Shown: piece by piece, positions 33,188-35,386 of the stretch
Layout: every line of letters begins with the position of its first letter
Numbering within the stretch: the stretch's first letter is position 1
Source: Paraphysomonas bandaiensis
Taxonomy: Eukaryota > Protista > Chrysophyceae
Reading direction: 5' to 3'
DNA length: 35,386 nucleotides
NCBI GenBank assembly: GCA_965644295.1
Contig: CBFFRP010000265.1
Coordinates: forward strand, 1 to 35,386
Notes under the pieces: generated by a model
Database searches by the model: none
Told to the model about the DNA's origin: nothing
What the model saw: only the letters and a program-made list of their open reading frames with translations
Translations under genes and position numbers: made by a program

Positions 33188-33413
33188 TTCTCATATTGAA
33201 GACAGCTCTAAGACTTGAACACTCTAGAATAGTAACACTCCAGCTAAATCCCGGCTTGATGAATCTACTAGTCGAAAATGCTCTATTTTACCATATGCTC
33301 CTGATCTCCTCTTCATATAATACCTTCTGAGAACCTGATCGCTTGCTTCGATCCTATAGAGTATGAGCATTCTATAGTGTGTTCCAGTCTTAGATCTGTT
33401 TTCAATATGAGAA
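33188..33413. mobile_element. MITE-like element with ~45 bp imperfect terminal inverted repeats
   Basis: Left ttctcatattgaagacagctctaagacttgaacac versus reverse complement of right ttctcatattgaaaacagatctaagactggaacac. Confidence 0.65.
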
Positions 33414-34181
33414 TATTCAAGACAACGAGAGAGGAGAGGTGGCAGTATACAGCGGTGCTGCAACTTTTGATTAGTTCTTTATTGAAAGCAAGAAAGATGA
33501 AAATGGTAGTGTAACGCCAAAATTAAACTACCACTCCAATTGTTGTTCAGCTATCATTGTTTGGCGAGATCTCAAGTGTTAGGAGTGCGTGTGAGCTATG
33601 GAGAATTTATAGTCTCTATATGTGCACGATACGCTAATTGTTACTGATTCTTTTGCAGCACATAGAAGTAATTAGACATCAATGTATCACATTCATTTAT
33701 ATTCATACCTTGCACTTCCTCTATATGTATGCATATTTCCCTCTATTCCTTTTATTACACTCCTATTACCATGCATGCTATAGCATAATGTACACGTGCT
33801 TGTGTGAGATCCATGTCTTGTCATAAGCACGATCTGCATGTGTATGCGACATAAATATGATGTATACATAGTATAGATACATATTTTATCACCTGATGGT
33901 CCATTTATATTGTTCTGAGACTGTGTGTGGTCGTCATATCTATGTGGAGTGCAGTGGACTCTAACTTCTGTTTTGCATGGTGTTTGGAGTCTTTACTTGT
34001 CAAGAATATCTGTCATCATGGACTTGACTAGTGTACCAAGTATCTACATCCATCTCTTACTAGTTATGGCGCTCTGGCATGCATCTCTGATGTGCGTTAA
34101 GAGCATCACCAACAGAGTCTCCAGCACACCAAAATGAGAATACCGTCCAATCATATGCTTGTACTTGACGTAATACCATAG

Positions 34182-34330
34182 CTGTGGGTGAGAAATCCAA
34201 GTTTTTAGCTGTATACTGTTTTTTGATGATCAAAAAGGGCGCGTTTTTTGCATGGTCGACTTTTTCTCACCCACAGATTGAAAAGTCATGAGAAAAAGTG
34301 ACTTTTTAATATAAAAACAATGACTTTTCA
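34182..34330. repeat. Interleaved inverted repeats abutting the dispersed repeat
   Basis: ctgtgggtgagaaa (34182-34195) / tttctcacccacag (34263-34276), a perfect 14 bp pair. tgaaaagtcat / atgacttttca. actttttctca / tgagaaaaagt. Confidence 0.65.
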
Positions 34331-34375
34331 ATAATAAAATCAATATGTACAACCATCCCCACTTGAAGAGACTGT

Positions 34376-34529
34376 GTATCTGTAGTCAGCATCTTATTTT
34401 TTCGGAAATATATTGAATCAAAAATACTCTACATTACTGCAATACAACTACGGCTGGAATACACATAATTATTGTCTCAATAATAGAGGCATATATGAAC
34501 GAAAATATCCCAAAGATGCCAATACGACT
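34376..34529 (+). repeat. Dispersed repeat, diverged copy of 16883-17035
   Basis: Colinear match to the reverse complement of 16883-17035. Confidence 0.85.
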
Positions 34530-34819
34530 GATTAGAGAGTTCGACATTCAGTAAGTGTTCTAGAAGACTGTTATCTCAACATAATCAATCAAACTATTGT
34601 TTCTAGATGTTATTCTATGCTTCTAAATGTGTGTGCTGCATGTCATCACTTCTTGTTTATATCTAGCTTTGCTAGTACACACATATAGGAGGGTGTCCTT
34701 CTATAGAACTGCTTGAGAATGTAATCCATACACACTCATATAGAAGCAAGTGGTGCGTATGAATTTATTGATCTTCTCATTCTCATACACATACATGCTT
34801 ATTCTTAGATGGTTGCATG

Positions 34820-34972
34820 TTATACATAGTAGCTGCATACAGCTTGAGTAATAGTAAATTTACTGTGACCTAAGCCGGTGTTTTAGTATTAACGTAAATG
34901 TTATAATAAAACACCAGCTTAGGCTATAGTAAATTTACTATTTCTTAATCCAGATGCAGCTACTATATATAA
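34820..34972. repeat. ~150 bp imperfect palindrome (fold-back element / long hairpin)
   Basis: atagtagctgcat...aatagtaaatttactgtgacctaagccggtgtttta pairs with taaaacaccagcttaggctatagtaaatttactatt...atgcagctactat around a short loop. Confidence 0.8.
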
Positions 34973-35386
34973 GAGTCAGAACTCATTTTGCATTACAATT
35001 TAACTAAATAGTGTTTAACTCTGATATGCTTCTATTTAAAGCTACGAAAGCTACTTGTGCAACCACTTTCGCAATATCATTCAAAGCAAACGACGTGAGC
35101 AAGCAGAATGTTTATATACCTGGCACCTGCTGATTCAGGATTTTTGAGTCCTCATTAAAGTGAATAGCTCGGATTCTTGACTTTAGCTCAATACCTTGAG
35201 GTGGGCCCATTCCCGGATGCCTGTTTATTCGTCAAGACACAAGTGACACTTACTAGTGGCCCCACTGGCATTTGGCTAGAAGACATATCTCGGAGTACTT
35301 TTCCCCCAGAACACCACCCTACTGAGGGCTGATTGATGATAACATCAGGCTGATGCGAGCACGTTTATAGGCTCGCAACTACTTGT

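Noticed and set aside
35040-35386. GC-richer block at the window end as a gene
   Set aside because: The minus-strand frames I read contain stops, the ORF track lists nothing here, and no motif is recognisable; it may be a relic continuing beyond the window.

Overview
Eukaryotic nuclear DNA from a flagellated stramenopile (inferred from a tubular-mastigoneme EGF protein and many ~50-70 nt GT-AG introns). Host genes: a DUF3605/HIT-like protein, a myristoylated EF-hand protein, a GT61-like glycosyltransferase, mitochondrial EF-Tu (11 exons), a TTLL3-like tubulin glycylase with an IQ-motif tail, TatD, a mastigoneme protein, a TSPOON/LOLITA-like longin adaptor subunit and ARP4. There is also a decayed RNase H-bearing non-LTR retroelement and several fold-back/MITE-like elements. 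Two things stand out. (1) A ~2 kb inverted duplication (5064-7169 / 11392-13217) carries two intronless genes made only of tandem dsRNA-binding domains (6 and 5 units). Their units are mosaics of a small set of sequence modules, and the arms bracket a 4.2 kb spacer holding one intact gene and decayed gene fragments. (2) The long introns of the mitochondrial EF-Tu gene hide five snoRNAs not visible in the ORF track: two C/D paralogues, two 144-bp identical H/ACA copies and a third H/ACA candidate. Family and rRNA-target calls come from remembered consensus motifs; no database search was run.
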